A stretch of 20,308 nt of DNA from a bacterium (GTDB lineage: Bacteria > Muiribacteriota > UBA6191), in contig JAYZAC010000113.1 of NCBI GenBank assembly GCA_036339875.1, forward strand, positions 1-20,308, in the 5' to 3' direction. A program made the translations under genes and the position numbers. The notes under the pieces were generated by a model. That model was not told where the DNA came from and did not search any database. It worked only from the letters and a program-made list of their open reading frames with translations. How positions within the stretch are numbered: the stretch's first letter is position 1; every line of letters begins with the position of its first letter. Of the stretch, positions 1 to 8,666 are shown one piece after another.

Positions 1-36
1 GATTTATATCGTCGCGACAAATTAACAATGAGATAG
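1..36 (+). CDS. Possible 3' end of an upstream gene (partial, DLYRRDKLTMR*)
   Basis: Frame 1 is open from base 1 to TAG at 34-36, one base before the ATG at 38, matching the tight gene packing downstream. Too short to identify. Confidence 0.3.
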   Translation, partial: DLYRRDKLTMR

Positions 37-37
37 A

Positions 38-1000
38 ATGATTAAGGTAAAAATTGAGCCTATTCAATTTCAAGGTGCTTATCTAGATTTCAATGGCGAA
101 TTTGATTTTACATTTCCACTAAATCGTAAAATGAGGCTAGACCATTTTTTGAAATGCCTTACCACATTCGTAAGTCGTAATTTCTGGGTTCAAGCTATCG
201 AGCGAAATTTGTTGACTGTAAATGGCAAATTGGCCCATAAGTCGATGAAGATATCTTTGGGAGACCGTATTCGATTCGATTATTACTCATTGTACAAAGC
301 GCTTCGAGGAGAAGATTTAGGAGTTACGATTCCCTATGAAGTTCTCTATGAGTCTAAGCACTATTTACTCGTCAACAAACCATCAGGTTACCTTATTCAT
401 CGAGTCGGTTTTTTAGATTATTCATTAGTCAGTCAGGTAGCTAAAGATCGTAATGAAACTCTATATATCGTGCATCGCTTGGATAAATATACTTCGGGGG
501 TATGCTTATTTGCTCGTTCTTCTCATGCCGCAGCAAAACTGACAGAAGTTTTGAAGAGTCAAGGTTTCTCAAAATACTATCTCGTAGCAAGTGAGTGTGG
601 GTTAAATCATTCTAGCGGCTTAATAGAATTACCAATTGGTAGCGACGACCCTCGTATTCATAAAAAAAAGCAGAAAATTGATATGGAATTTGGACAAACA
701 GCGAAAACTCGCTTCCGTTATTTGGGATTCAAAAATAATTTACATTATTATTTTGTGAGAATTTTCACGGGACGACAACATCAAATTAGGGTACATTTTC
801 AAGCAATGGGAGCCCATGTTTATGGCGATGAACTCTACAGTTACGATGATTACTCCCATTTTGAGCCAATGCATGATTTTTCAGAAAAAGACCTAGGTTT
901 ACATGCCTTAAGATTGCGCTTCAAATGTCCTTTTGAGGGACATCAAGTAGTTGTAACTGATCGCCCGTCCCGGGTTCCTTTTAATGGTTTCTTCGGTTAA
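38..1000 (+). CDS. RluA-family (RluC/RluD-like) RNA pseudouridine synthase with N-terminal S4-like domain
   Basis: S4-like RLDHFL...SRNFWVQAIERNLLTVNG; motif I LVNKPSG; catalytic motif II VHRLDKYTSG; TGRQHQIRVH; GDELY; LGLHALRLRF. Confidence 0.95.
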   Translation: MIKVKIEPIQFQGAYLDFNGEFDFTFPLNRKMRLDHFLKCLTTFVSRNFWVQAIERNLLTVNGKLAHKSMKISLGDRIRFDYYSLYKALRGEDLGVTIPYEVLYESKHYLLVNKPSGYLIHRVGFLDYSLVSQVAKDRNETLYIVHRLDKYTSGVCLFARSSHAAAKLTEVLKSQGFSKYYLVASECGLNHSSGLIELPIGSDDPRIHKKKQKIDMEFGQTAKTRFRYLGFKNNLHYYFVRIFTGRQHQIRVHFQAMGAHVYGDELYSYDDYSHFEPMHDFSEKDLGLHALRLRFKCPFEGHQVVVTDRPSRVPFNGFFG

Positions 1001-1013
1001 TATCACAAATCTA

Positions 1014-2075
1014 ATGTTACCCGAGCAATTTTCATTAAGTTCATATAATTTTGATTTAAATCCTAGTCGCATAGCTCAAAATCCAGCCTCTAGGAGGATA
1101 GATTCCAAGTTATTGAATGGTCTCAGTAATTCTTTGCAAGATTGTCAATTCAGTCAATTATCGTCCTTAGTCTCAACAATTTTTCCTCAAGGCGTTCTTT
1201 TTGTAACCAATAATACTGAAGTACTTAGAGCAAGATTAATGGGTCGAAAAGTTAGTGGTGGTAAAGTAGAGGCTTTACTTTTTGAATCACAAGAAGATTC
1301 ATTATGGAAAGGGCTTTTTAAGCCAGGAAGGCGCTTGCACATAGGTACCGAAATTCACTTTAGCGAAAGCAATTATGGAGTGATTGAAGGGAAGCACGCT
1401 GATGGTACGATGACTATGCGCTGGTATGGTAAAGATTCTGTGTTGAGCTTCATGCAAAATAATGGAATTTTACCTTTGCCGCCTTATATACAAAATTTTG
1501 AGGGTGATCCCCAGCGCTATCAAACAGTGTATGCAAAAGTTCCCGGTGCAAGTGCAGCGCCTACAGCTGGCTTACATTTTAATCAAGAAATTATGAATGA
1601 ACTTCGTGACTTAGGTTGTGACTTTGCTGAGTTAACTCTTCATGTAGGTCCTGGGACATTCAAGCCAATTGAGGAACAAGATATTCGTAACTATAAAATT
1701 CATGGAGAATGGATTGACGTATCAGAAGATTGCATTCGTAGAATAAAGTTGGCTCGAGCTAATAGCAAACCTATAATTTGTATTGGTACAACAGCTTTAC
1801 GAAGTCTCGAAACTGTAGAGCGCTTGAATGGCTTAAGTCAAGCTTGGCAGGGTGTGACTAATATTTATATTTATCCGGATCAGAAAATTAAAAGTTGTGA
1901 CTATTTGTTGACTAATTTTCATTTACCTTTTAGTTCTTTGTTAGTTTTGGTTGCGGCTTTTACAGGTTTTGATTTATATAAAAAAATTTATAATCATGCA
2001 ATAAGCTCTGAATATCGTTTTTTTAGTTTTGGTGATTGCATGCTTTTGAAAAATAATAGTGGTTTGGATAAGTAA
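1014..2075 (+). CDS. queA: S-adenosylmethionine:tRNA ribosyltransferase-isomerase
   Basis: YNFDL..RIAQ.P, NNTEVLRARL, PLPPYI, RYQTVYA, AAPTAGLHF, LTLHVGPGTF, IGTTALRSLE, TNFHLPFSSL, YRFFSFGDCM. ATG 1014 chosen from typical QueA N-terminal length; in-frame ATG 984 is the alternative. Confidence 0.97.
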   Translation: MLPEQFSLSSYNFDLNPSRIAQNPASRRIDSKLLNGLSNSLQDCQFSQLSSLVSTIFPQGVLFVTNNTEVLRARLMGRKVSGGKVEALLFESQEDSLWKGLFKPGRRLHIGTEIHFSESNYGVIEGKHADGTMTMRWYGKDSVLSFMQNNGILPLPPYIQNFEGDPQRYQTVYAKVPGASAAPTAGLHFNQEIMNELRDLGCDFAELTLHVGPGTFKPIEEQDIRNYKIHGEWIDVSEDCIRRIKLARANSKPIICIGTTALRSLETVERLNGLSQAWQGVTNIYIYPDQKIKSCDYLLTNFHLPFSSLLVLVAAFTGFDLYKKIYNHAISSEYRFFSFGDCMLLKNNSGLDK

Positions 2076-2077
2076 TT

Positions 2078-2890
2078 ATGGAATTTCAGTATCATTATTT
2101 GCTACTTGGATTAGTCCAAGGTTTAACAGAATTTTTACCAGTTTCAAGTTCAGGTCATTTGGTCCTTTTCGAACGGCTTCTAATCGAAGGGATGTCATCT
2201 TCTTCGCAGTTAACGGTCAATGTGGCTTTTCACATGGGAACCTTGATAGCAGTAATGGCATATTTTAAACAAGAAATTTTAGAATATTGCAAGGCAACCG
2301 TAAAATTTATATGTAGTCCTAAAAGTCCATTCAATCAAGTGCAATGGGAAGTTTTGATGGTTCTTTTGCTAAGTCTGCCCACTGGAATTCTCGGTTTAGC
2401 TATGAAAAAGGGTGGAATTGAAAGTATACCCACTTGGGGCGTACTCTTGGCTTTATGTGTTACTGCATTCATTTGTTTTGGTATTGATAGAATTAATAAT
2501 CGGAATTTCTCGGCGAAGAAAATCATGCCTCATCATGCCATTATTCTAGGATTAGTGCAGGGAATCGCTGTGGTTCCCGGAATATCTCGCTCAGGTTCGA
2601 CTATTTTTGCAGGGCTTTTATGTGGATTTTCGCGTGAAAAAATGGCAAGTTTCTCTTTTTTGATGTCGATTCCAGCTATTACAGGAGCTTTTCTTCTCGA
2701 ATGTAAGGAACTTCTGGAAATGGGGGCTCAAGATGTACATCTTATATCTTTGGGTCTAGGAACCTTTGTGGCAATGTTAAGCGGTTATTGTTCGCTAGCA
2801 TTGTTAGTTCGATTGTTAAAGGGTAAGAAATTCAAGATATTTGGATTTTACTGCCTAGCGGTCGCTGTGATTGGTTTCTTAGGTACCTGA
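2078..2890 (+). CDS. uppP: Undecaprenyl-diphosphate phosphatase (BacA)
   Basis: GLVQGLTEFLPVSSSGHL, HMGTL, Q.IAVVPGISRSGSTI, SFLMSIPAI motifs; multi-TM protein. Confidence 0.97.
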   Translation: MEFQYHYLLLGLVQGLTEFLPVSSSGHLVLFERLLIEGMSSSSQLTVNVAFHMGTLIAVMAYFKQEILEYCKATVKFICSPKSPFNQVQWEVLMVLLLSLPTGILGLAMKKGGIESIPTWGVLLALCVTAFICFGIDRINNRNFSAKKIMPHHAIILGLVQGIAVVPGISRSGSTIFAGLLCGFSREKMASFSFLMSIPAITGAFLLECKELLEMGAQDVHLISLGLGTFVAMLSGYCSLALLVRLLKGKKFKIFGFYCLAVAVIGFLGT

Positions 2891-2926
2891 GATTGAGTTC
2901 TGAGTCCCCCTTACAAGGGATTGATG

Positions 2927-5830
2927 ATGGCTCCTAGCGGAACTGAAACAAAAAAAGATAAAGAATTAAAACCCCATCTTACTTTAGCTCAAAGACTTTT
3001 GGACGCTGCACCTGAGGAACCTGTTGAGCCTCCGGTTAAAACCAGAAAAGTTAAAAAGAAAGCTGTGGCCAAAAGTACTGAAAAGCGTGTCGATAAAAGA
3101 AGTTTGCCACGTACTCTCACAATCGAAGCAGAGTTACCAAGTATAGAAGTCCGTAGTCGCAAGAGTAACGAAATGCTTGGTGTCGTTTACATATGCTTGG
3201 CATTAGTTGTTCTCGCCGCTCTTACAATTGATCAGGAAGGTCAGTTGAAGAATATTGTCCATCAATTTGTAAGACTTAACGGAGTTGGTCCAGTCTTTTT
3301 GGCATTATTTGGAATTTATTGCGGTGTAAGGCGCTTAATGGGTCAGGTAGTCTTTGAAAAAGAGTCACAGATCTTGGCCTTTCCTATTATGTACTTTAGC
3401 TTAATCGGTTTTTTAGCTTTTGCAGGTCCACCACAAGAGGGTAGTCTTAGTTTAGGGGGGGTCGTCGGAAATTACTGTAATTGGATTCTTCAGTCCTTTT
3501 TAGGAAGTTTGGGTTCGGGTATTGTTTTAGCTAGTCTTTTCCTTGTAAGTTTTATGCATGTTACAGAGGTTTACATAACGGACATAGCTGTTGCTGGATA
3601 TCGCTTAATAAAGACTCTGAGTCTTCAAACATGTAAGATTTTTCGTCTAATTTTTTTAGTCGTGAGTAGTAGTGTTTGGTCGTTATTACAGAAAATACAT
3701 CAGTTAATCGTAATAATCATTTCAGATTCAATCACTTTATTAGAGAGATCTATCGTAGGCGGCGATGGACGACGAATGACTATGTGGCTTGAAGGACAAT
3801 TTGTCTCTAATAAAACTTCAGAGGAAGAGATTGCAGAAGAAAGTCATACCAACAAATTAGAAATCGTGGAAGAGGTAGATGATTCAGACGAAGATATAAG
3901 TTTAGAAGACTGCAATCTGAAGGGAAATTACGATATCAATGATCAAAGTGTTCCTGAGTCAGATAGTTTTGATAATGACATAAATGAGTCCGGATTTGAT
4001 AGTACAAAGTTAGAATCTGAAAAGGTGACGGAATTAGAGGAGGCTTATCTTTCTTCGCAGGATAATTCAGAATTGAACATAAACCATGTATTAAGCGAAG
4101 AGCTTATTGAGCAGCCTCAAACAATTACCGTGGAAGTGGAGCCCGTTTCAGAATCAGGTAGTCTCTTGTCATTTTTCAAATCTGAACAAAGTCCGCAGAT
4201 TGAGGCAGAGATACCGGATGAAATTATCACTGTAGATTCCTCTCCAATGGAATTGGACGGAGACTTGAAGTCGATAAATAATGAGCAGATATCTGAGGAA
4301 TTTCAGGAAGTCCAGAATTCTGATTCTGAATTTGAGGAGGAGTCTGATCTTTTTGATACTCCATTAGCAAGAAAATTACCCAGCACCGGTCTCTTACAAG
4401 AACCTCCAGTCAATTCTAAAAAGGATTCCAGAGATGATTTAATGAATCGTGGTTTACTTCTAGTTAAAGCTTTAGATACATATAAAGTGACCGCTGAATT
4501 AGAGAGCTTTGTTCAAGGCCCAACAATTACAAGGTTTGAGTTAAAACCTGCACCTGGTACCAAATTAAATAAAATTCTCAATCTTAGTAATGAGATAGCA
4601 ATGTCACTTGCTGCAAAATCAGTCAGAATTGAAGCTCCTATACCCGGTACAAGTAAAGTTGGAATTGAGATTCCGAATAAGCATATGGTTCCAGTTTATT
4701 TTAAGGAGGTAATTCAAAGTATCAACGATGACTCTGATGCCCATCCATTATCTATTGCATTTGGTAAAGGAATTGATGGAAAACCAGTGGTTGGAAATTT
4801 AGCTAAAATGCCTCATTTACTTGTAGCGGGTGCAACTGGAGCTGGTAAATCAGTGTGTGTTAATACTTTGATATCCTCTATGCTATTTAGATGCACTCCG
4901 GAGCAGGTACAATTTGTAATGATTGATCCGAAACAGGTAGAGTTTTCAGTTTATAAAGGTATTCCTCATTTAATCACAGATGTTGTGACAAAACCTGAAG
5001 AGGCTGCGGCTGCGCTTCGATGGGGGGTTGATGAAATGGAGCATCGTTACACTCTTCTTTCAGCTTTTGGTGTGAGACATATTGATAATTTCAATAGTAA
5101 ACTTTCCCAAGGAACTCTGAAACCATTAGCCGGCACTAATGTTGAAAAAATTCCAGAAAAGCCACTTCCTTACATTGTTATGATTGTTGATGAATTAGCA
5201 GATTTGATGATGGTTGCTAAAAAGGATGTGGAAAACTCAATTTGTAGAATAGCTCAGAAAGCTCGTGCGGTTGGAATTCATCTTGTTATTGCAACACAAA
5301 GACCTTCTGTGGATGTTATCACAGGCTTGATAAAAGCCAATTTACCTTCAAGAATTTCATTTATGGTTACATCCGGTGTTGACTCTAAAACTATTCTAGA
5401 TCAGACGGGGGCTGAAAACTTACTTGGTCGAGGCGATATGCTGTATCTCCCCGGTGGACAGAATAAGCCCTCTCGAGTACAGGGTGCATTCATGGATGAC
5501 GATGAGGTAGCCCTTTTGGTGGATCAAATAAAAACAAACTTTGGTGAGGCGCAATACGAGGATATTGTTTCTCAGTATATGGAAGAGGAGGAAGAGGTTG
5601 CTGATGATAGCGGTTTCTATGATGATCGCTTTAATGCTGCCTTGGATGTTATTGCCAGAGAAAAGTACGTTTCAACTTCTATGCTACAAAGACATTTAGG
5701 GATCGGGTATAATCGTGCCGCTCGTATTGTTGATGTGTTATATGCTAGAGGTATTTGTGGGGCTTCAGAGAGTGGAAAAAAGCGCAAATTGACAATTCCT
5801 TTGGAAGAAATACCTGATCATTACATTTGA
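2927..5830 (+). CDS. ftsK: DNA translocase FtsK (N-terminal TM domain, acidic linker, alpha/beta motor, gamma domain)
   Basis: GPTITRFEL, VRIEAPIPG, MPHLLVAGATGAGKS (Walker A), MIDPK, IVDELADLMM (Walker B), KARAVGIHLVIATQRPSVDVITGLIKAN, gamma STSMLQRHLGIGYNRAARIVD. AAGGGA RBS at 2915-2920 favours ATG 2927 (2921 and 2924 are in frame). Confidence 0.97.
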   Translation: MAPSGTETKKDKELKPHLTLAQRLLDAAPEEPVEPPVKTRKVKKKAVAKSTEKRVDKRSLPRTLTIEAELPSIEVRSRKSNEMLGVVYICLALVVLAALTIDQEGQLKNIVHQFVRLNGVGPVFLALFGIYCGVRRLMGQVVFEKESQILAFPIMYFSLIGFLAFAGPPQEGSLSLGGVVGNYCNWILQSFLGSLGSGIVLASLFLVSFMHVTEVYITDIAVAGYRLIKTLSLQTCKIFRLIFLVVSSSVWSLLQKIHQLIVIIISDSITLLERSIVGGDGRRMTMWLEGQFVSNKTSEEEIAEESHTNKLEIVEEVDDSDEDISLEDCNLKGNYDINDQSVPESDSFDNDINESGFDSTKLESEKVTELEEAYLSSQDNSELNINHVLSEELIEQPQTITVEVEPVSESGSLLSFFKSEQSPQIEAEIPDEIITVDSSPMELDGDLKSINNEQISEEFQEVQNSDSEFEEESDLFDTPLARKLPSTGLLQEPPVNSKKDSRDDLMNRGLLLVKALDTYKVTAELESFVQGPTITRFELKPAPGTKLNKILNLSNEIAMSLAAKSVRIEAPIPGTSKVGIEIPNKHMVPVYFKEVIQSINDDSDAHPLSIAFGKGIDGKPVVGNLAKMPHLLVAGATGAGKSVCVNTLISSMLFRCTPEQVQFVMIDPKQVEFSVYKGIPHLITDVVTKPEEAAAALRWGVDEMEHRYTLLSAFGVRHIDNFNSKLSQGTLKPLAGTNVEKIPEKPLPYIVMIVDELADLMMVAKKDVENSICRIAQKARAVGIHLVIATQRPSVDVITGLIKANLPSRISFMVTSGVDSKTILDQTGAENLLGRGDMLYLPGGQNKPSRVQGAFMDDDEVALLVDQIKTNFGEAQYEDIVSQYMEEEEEVADDSGFYDDRFNAALDVIAREKYVSTSMLQRHLGIGYNRAARIVDVLYARGICGASESGKKRKLTIPLEEIPDHYI

Positions 5831-6588
5831 TGAGTAAATTAGATACTACAATTCGTTTAATTTATGGTCGAAATCCAATTCGAGAGGCCCTGATATCTGA
5901 CACAGTTGGTGTTGAGACAATTTATGCGGCCAAGGGTCAGGACAAGATTGGACGACAATTACTTACTCTAGCTCGTCAGAAAGGTGTCAAGCTTCATGAT
6001 TGCTCCAAAGCAAAACTGTTTGAACTGACCCAGACAAAGCAACATCAAGGGTTTGCTGCATATTGTGACCCGATTCAAACCTTTGATTTACTTGCTACGA
6101 TAAAAAAATCTCAGAAGAAATTGAAGATCTTAGTTATCAGTCAGGTGCACGATCCCGGTAATTTGGGCGCAGTTATTCGTAATTGCGAGCATTGTGGAAT
6201 TGATTTGCTAGTTCTAGGATCGAAGAGTTCGTGCTCTATTCAATTAGCCTCTGTTGCGAAATCATCAGCTGGTGCAGTGGAGCATATGCCAATTGCGCTA
6301 AGCGATGATCTTATTCATGATTTACATCAAATTAAAGATCAAGGGGTAGAATGTATCGGACTCGATATGAACACTTCACAAGAATTGATGAAGCTTCCCC
6401 GTCCTACTGGACATAGAGCCCTGGTAGTTGGAAGCGAGGGTTTCGGACTTTCTGGAAATATTCAATCCGCTTTACATACACTGGTTAAGATTCCAGCGAC
6501 AGGTCGAGTAAATAGTTTGAATCTAAGTAGTGCTAGTATGGTTGCAATAACTAAAATGTGTCTTATTGATTGTGAAGTTAATGACTAA
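5830..6588 (+). CDS. rlmB: 23S rRNA (guanosine-2'-O)-methyltransferase RlmB (SPOUT/TrmH family)
   Basis: IYGRNPIREAL, HQGFAA, DPGNLGAVIR, KSSAGAVEH, VVGSEGFGL, VNSLNLS. The start overlaps the ftsK stop (TGATG). Confidence 0.9.
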   Translation: MSKLDTTIRLIYGRNPIREALISDTVGVETIYAAKGQDKIGRQLLTLARQKGVKLHDCSKAKLFELTQTKQHQGFAAYCDPIQTFDLLATIKKSQKKLKILVISQVHDPGNLGAVIRNCEHCGIDLLVLGSKSSCSIQLASVAKSSAGAVEHMPIALSDDLIHDLHQIKDQGVECIGLDMNTSQELMKLPRPTGHRALVVGSEGFGLSGNIQSALHTLVKIPATGRVNSLNLSSASMVAITKMCLIDCEVND

Positions 6589-8020
6589 AAAAGATTCTTG
6601 GATACAGTTGAAACATGGCTTTTCTATAAACATTCCCTCAGACCTCCATCAAATTGCGAGTTTTATTTTTATGGAGCAAGAGTCCTGGATGGAAGTAGAT
6701 GTTCAATTTGTAGAAACTCTTGCCCCATACTTAAGTACCTCAGTTGACGTGGGTGCAAATTATGGATTTTACAGTCTTCTAATGGCAAATTCAGGTTCGA
6801 AAGATATTCGTATCTATTCAATTGAACCGAATTCAAATACCTCTAGTCACCTTAGACGAAGTATAAGGGATGGTAAATTTAATGTCATATCAGTCCATGA
6901 AATAGCGTTTTCAAATTTTGAAGGTCAAGCAACGCTAACCAATTCTTCGAATCCCGAGTTATCGGAGTTAAATTTAGAATGTGATAGCGATCAGCCTGAA
7001 ACGAAAGTATGCAAACTAGATAATTGGCTTAAAAAATTAGGTAACTTTCAAGTAGATTTTTTGAAATTAGACGCTGAAGGATCTGAAATGTCAATTCTAG
7101 AGGGTGGTAAGTCTTTTTTTGATTTACAGGATCCTTTAATAATGTTTGAACTAAAACATGGTCAAAAAGTTCAGACTGAACTGATTGATGGCTTTAAAGT
7201 TATGGGATATGAGATTTTTCAGTACTGGCCAGGAGTTAATTGTTTAGTTCCCGTAGATACAAGCGATTCCACAACTTTTGACCCAATGCGTTTGAATCTT
7301 TATGCTGTCAAAATTTCGCGGCAGAAAATTCTAAATGATTATGGTCTTTTAGTTCGAAAATTTGATAATACCCCTACTACGATTCCACAAGCACTTTTCA
7401 AAACAAGTTTTCATGAAAAACTCGAATTAAGCAGTGAGAATTTAAGTAAATGGTATGAGTCTTCGGATAGCTTGAGTAAAAAAATATTTGATGCGGTGGC
7501 GATATATGAAGACGAATCTGTAGATTTACAATCACGCGTAAGCGCTCTATATAGAGCTTCTAGACTTGTTGCATCAGTAAGGATTAGTGAAGAATTAAAT
7601 ATTTCAGACAGCTTTTCGTTGATTAGGGTTTCAAAAGATTTAGGTAATTATGGTTATGCAGCAAATGTGGCACTTAAATTACTGCAGCGTATTCAGGCAG
7701 GAGAAAGGATTATTATCGAGGAACCTTTTGTTTCTCTTGATTTAGATTCTGAGCAAAAGCTTGGATTTTATTCTCTGGAGAAATGGTTGCCGTTGGTACT
7801 AATTGAAACGCTTGAATTATGTTCTACATTCTCTGGGATTTTCAGTGCAGAATTATCACTAAATCGGTGTGATGTTCTGGACAGATTTGGCTTTTTGAAC
7901 CCTTTATTGAATAGACGCTATATTTTGTTGAAAAAGTTAGTTAGAGGTCAATTTAGCCCTTTAACAAAGGATTCTCTGTCTTGTAGCTTAAACAAGAAAT
8001 TTTGGCAAAATTCAGTATGA
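6581..8020 (+). CDS. FkbM-family SAM-dependent methyltransferase with a long C-terminal extension
   Basis: VDVGANYGFYS, IEPN, LDNW...VDFLKLDAEGSEMSILEG, PLIMFE motifs. ATG 6581 overlaps the rlmB stop (ATGACTAA). Confidence 0.88.
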   Translation: MTKKDSWIQLKHGFSINIPSDLHQIASFIFMEQESWMEVDVQFVETLAPYLSTSVDVGANYGFYSLLMANSGSKDIRIYSIEPNSNTSSHLRRSIRDGKFNVISVHEIAFSNFEGQATLTNSSNPELSELNLECDSDQPETKVCKLDNWLKKLGNFQVDFLKLDAEGSEMSILEGGKSFFDLQDPLIMFELKHGQKVQTELIDGFKVMGYEIFQYWPGVNCLVPVDTSDSTTFDPMRLNLYAVKISRQKILNDYGLLVRKFDNTPTTIPQALFKTSFHEKLELSSENLSKWYESSDSLSKKIFDAVAIYEDESVDLQSRVSALYRASRLVASVRISEELNISDSFSLIRVSKDLGNYGYAANVALKLLQRIQAGERIIIEEPFVSLDLDSEQKLGFYSLEKWLPLVLIETLELCSTFSGIFSAELSLNRCDVLDRFGFLNPLLNRRYILLKKLVRGQFSPLTKDSLSCSLNKKFWQNSV

Positions 8021-8051
8021 CTAGCCTCTTAGTCTAAAGTTATAAATCTGT

Positions 8052-8080
8052 TTGACTTTTTATGTGGACTTTCCTATTAT
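8052..8080 (+). promoter_or_regulatory. Sigma70-type promoter of the tRNA cluster
   Basis: TTGACT (8052-8057), 17-nt spacer, TATTAT (8075-8080), followed by GC-rich ACTCGGGCTC resembling a stringent-control discriminator. Confidence 0.7.
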
Positions 8081-8103
8081 ACTCGGGCTCCTTTTGGAGT
8101 GAT

Positions 8104-8186
8104 GCCCAGGTGGCGGAACTGGTAGACGCGTTGGACTTAAAATCCAATGTCCTTTGGACGTATCGGTTCGATTCCGATCCTGGGTA
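8104..8186 (+). tRNA. tRNA-Leu (anticodon TAA), CCA not encoded
   Basis: Acceptor GCCCAGG/CCTGGGT, D-arm GCGGAACTGGTAGACGC, anticodon arm TTGGA-CTTAAAA-TCCAA, long variable arm, T-arm ATCGG-TTCGATT-CCGAT, A73. Confidence 0.96.
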
Positions 8187-8203
8187 TCCTTATTTGTATT
8201 GGT

Positions 8204-8280
<77 letters not shown>

Positions 8281-8308
8281 TTTACGAATAAGGCCCTTTG
8301 ATAGTGAT

Positions 8309-8385
<77 letters not shown>

Positions 8386-8390
8386 GTAAT

Positions 8391-8464
8391 GGCGATGTAG
8401 CTCAGTCGGTTAGAGCAGCGGAATCATAATCCGCGTGTCCGGGGTTCGAGTCCCTGCATCGCTA
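8391..8464 (+). tRNA. tRNA-Met (CAT), elongator type, CCA not encoded
   Basis: Acceptor GGCGATG/CATCGCT, anticodon arm GCGGA-ATCATAA-TCCGC, T-arm with TTCGAGT loop. It lacks initiator features and the C4/C5 acceptor determinants of tRNA-Ile2. Confidence 0.9.
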
Positions 8465-8593
8465 TTTTTTTCTTTAACTGAGAAATTCTCAAATCAGGTG
8501 CTCCTATTACCAAGTTACCTTTTAATCCGAGTAACCTCAAATTATCTTGTGATTTGATTGAAGTAGGTATTGAGATGGAAATTAGGTGATTTT

Positions 8594-8623
8594 TGCAACT
8601 TTCGACAAATTGAATTCGTAGTA
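8594..8623 (+). promoter_or_regulatory. Candidate ECF-sigma promoter for the 8667 gene
   Basis: TGCAAC (8594-8599), 17-nt spacer, CGTA (8617-8620): the AAC...CGT arrangement typical of many ECF sigma promoters. Confidence 0.35.
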
Positions 8624-8666
8624 CCTAATGGACGGTCGCATTTACGGCCTAAATTAGGGGTATCTA

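Noticed and set aside
2059..2526. Small ORFs 2059-2268 (+) and 2335-2526 (-)
   Set aside because: They overlap the well-supported uppP gene in other frames with no independent evidence.
8391..8464. CAT-anticodon tRNA as tRNA-Ile2 (lysidine)
   Set aside because: Acceptor stem GGCGATG lacks the C4:G69/C5:G68 TilS determinants and resembles elongator Met genes; not fully excluded without a classifier.
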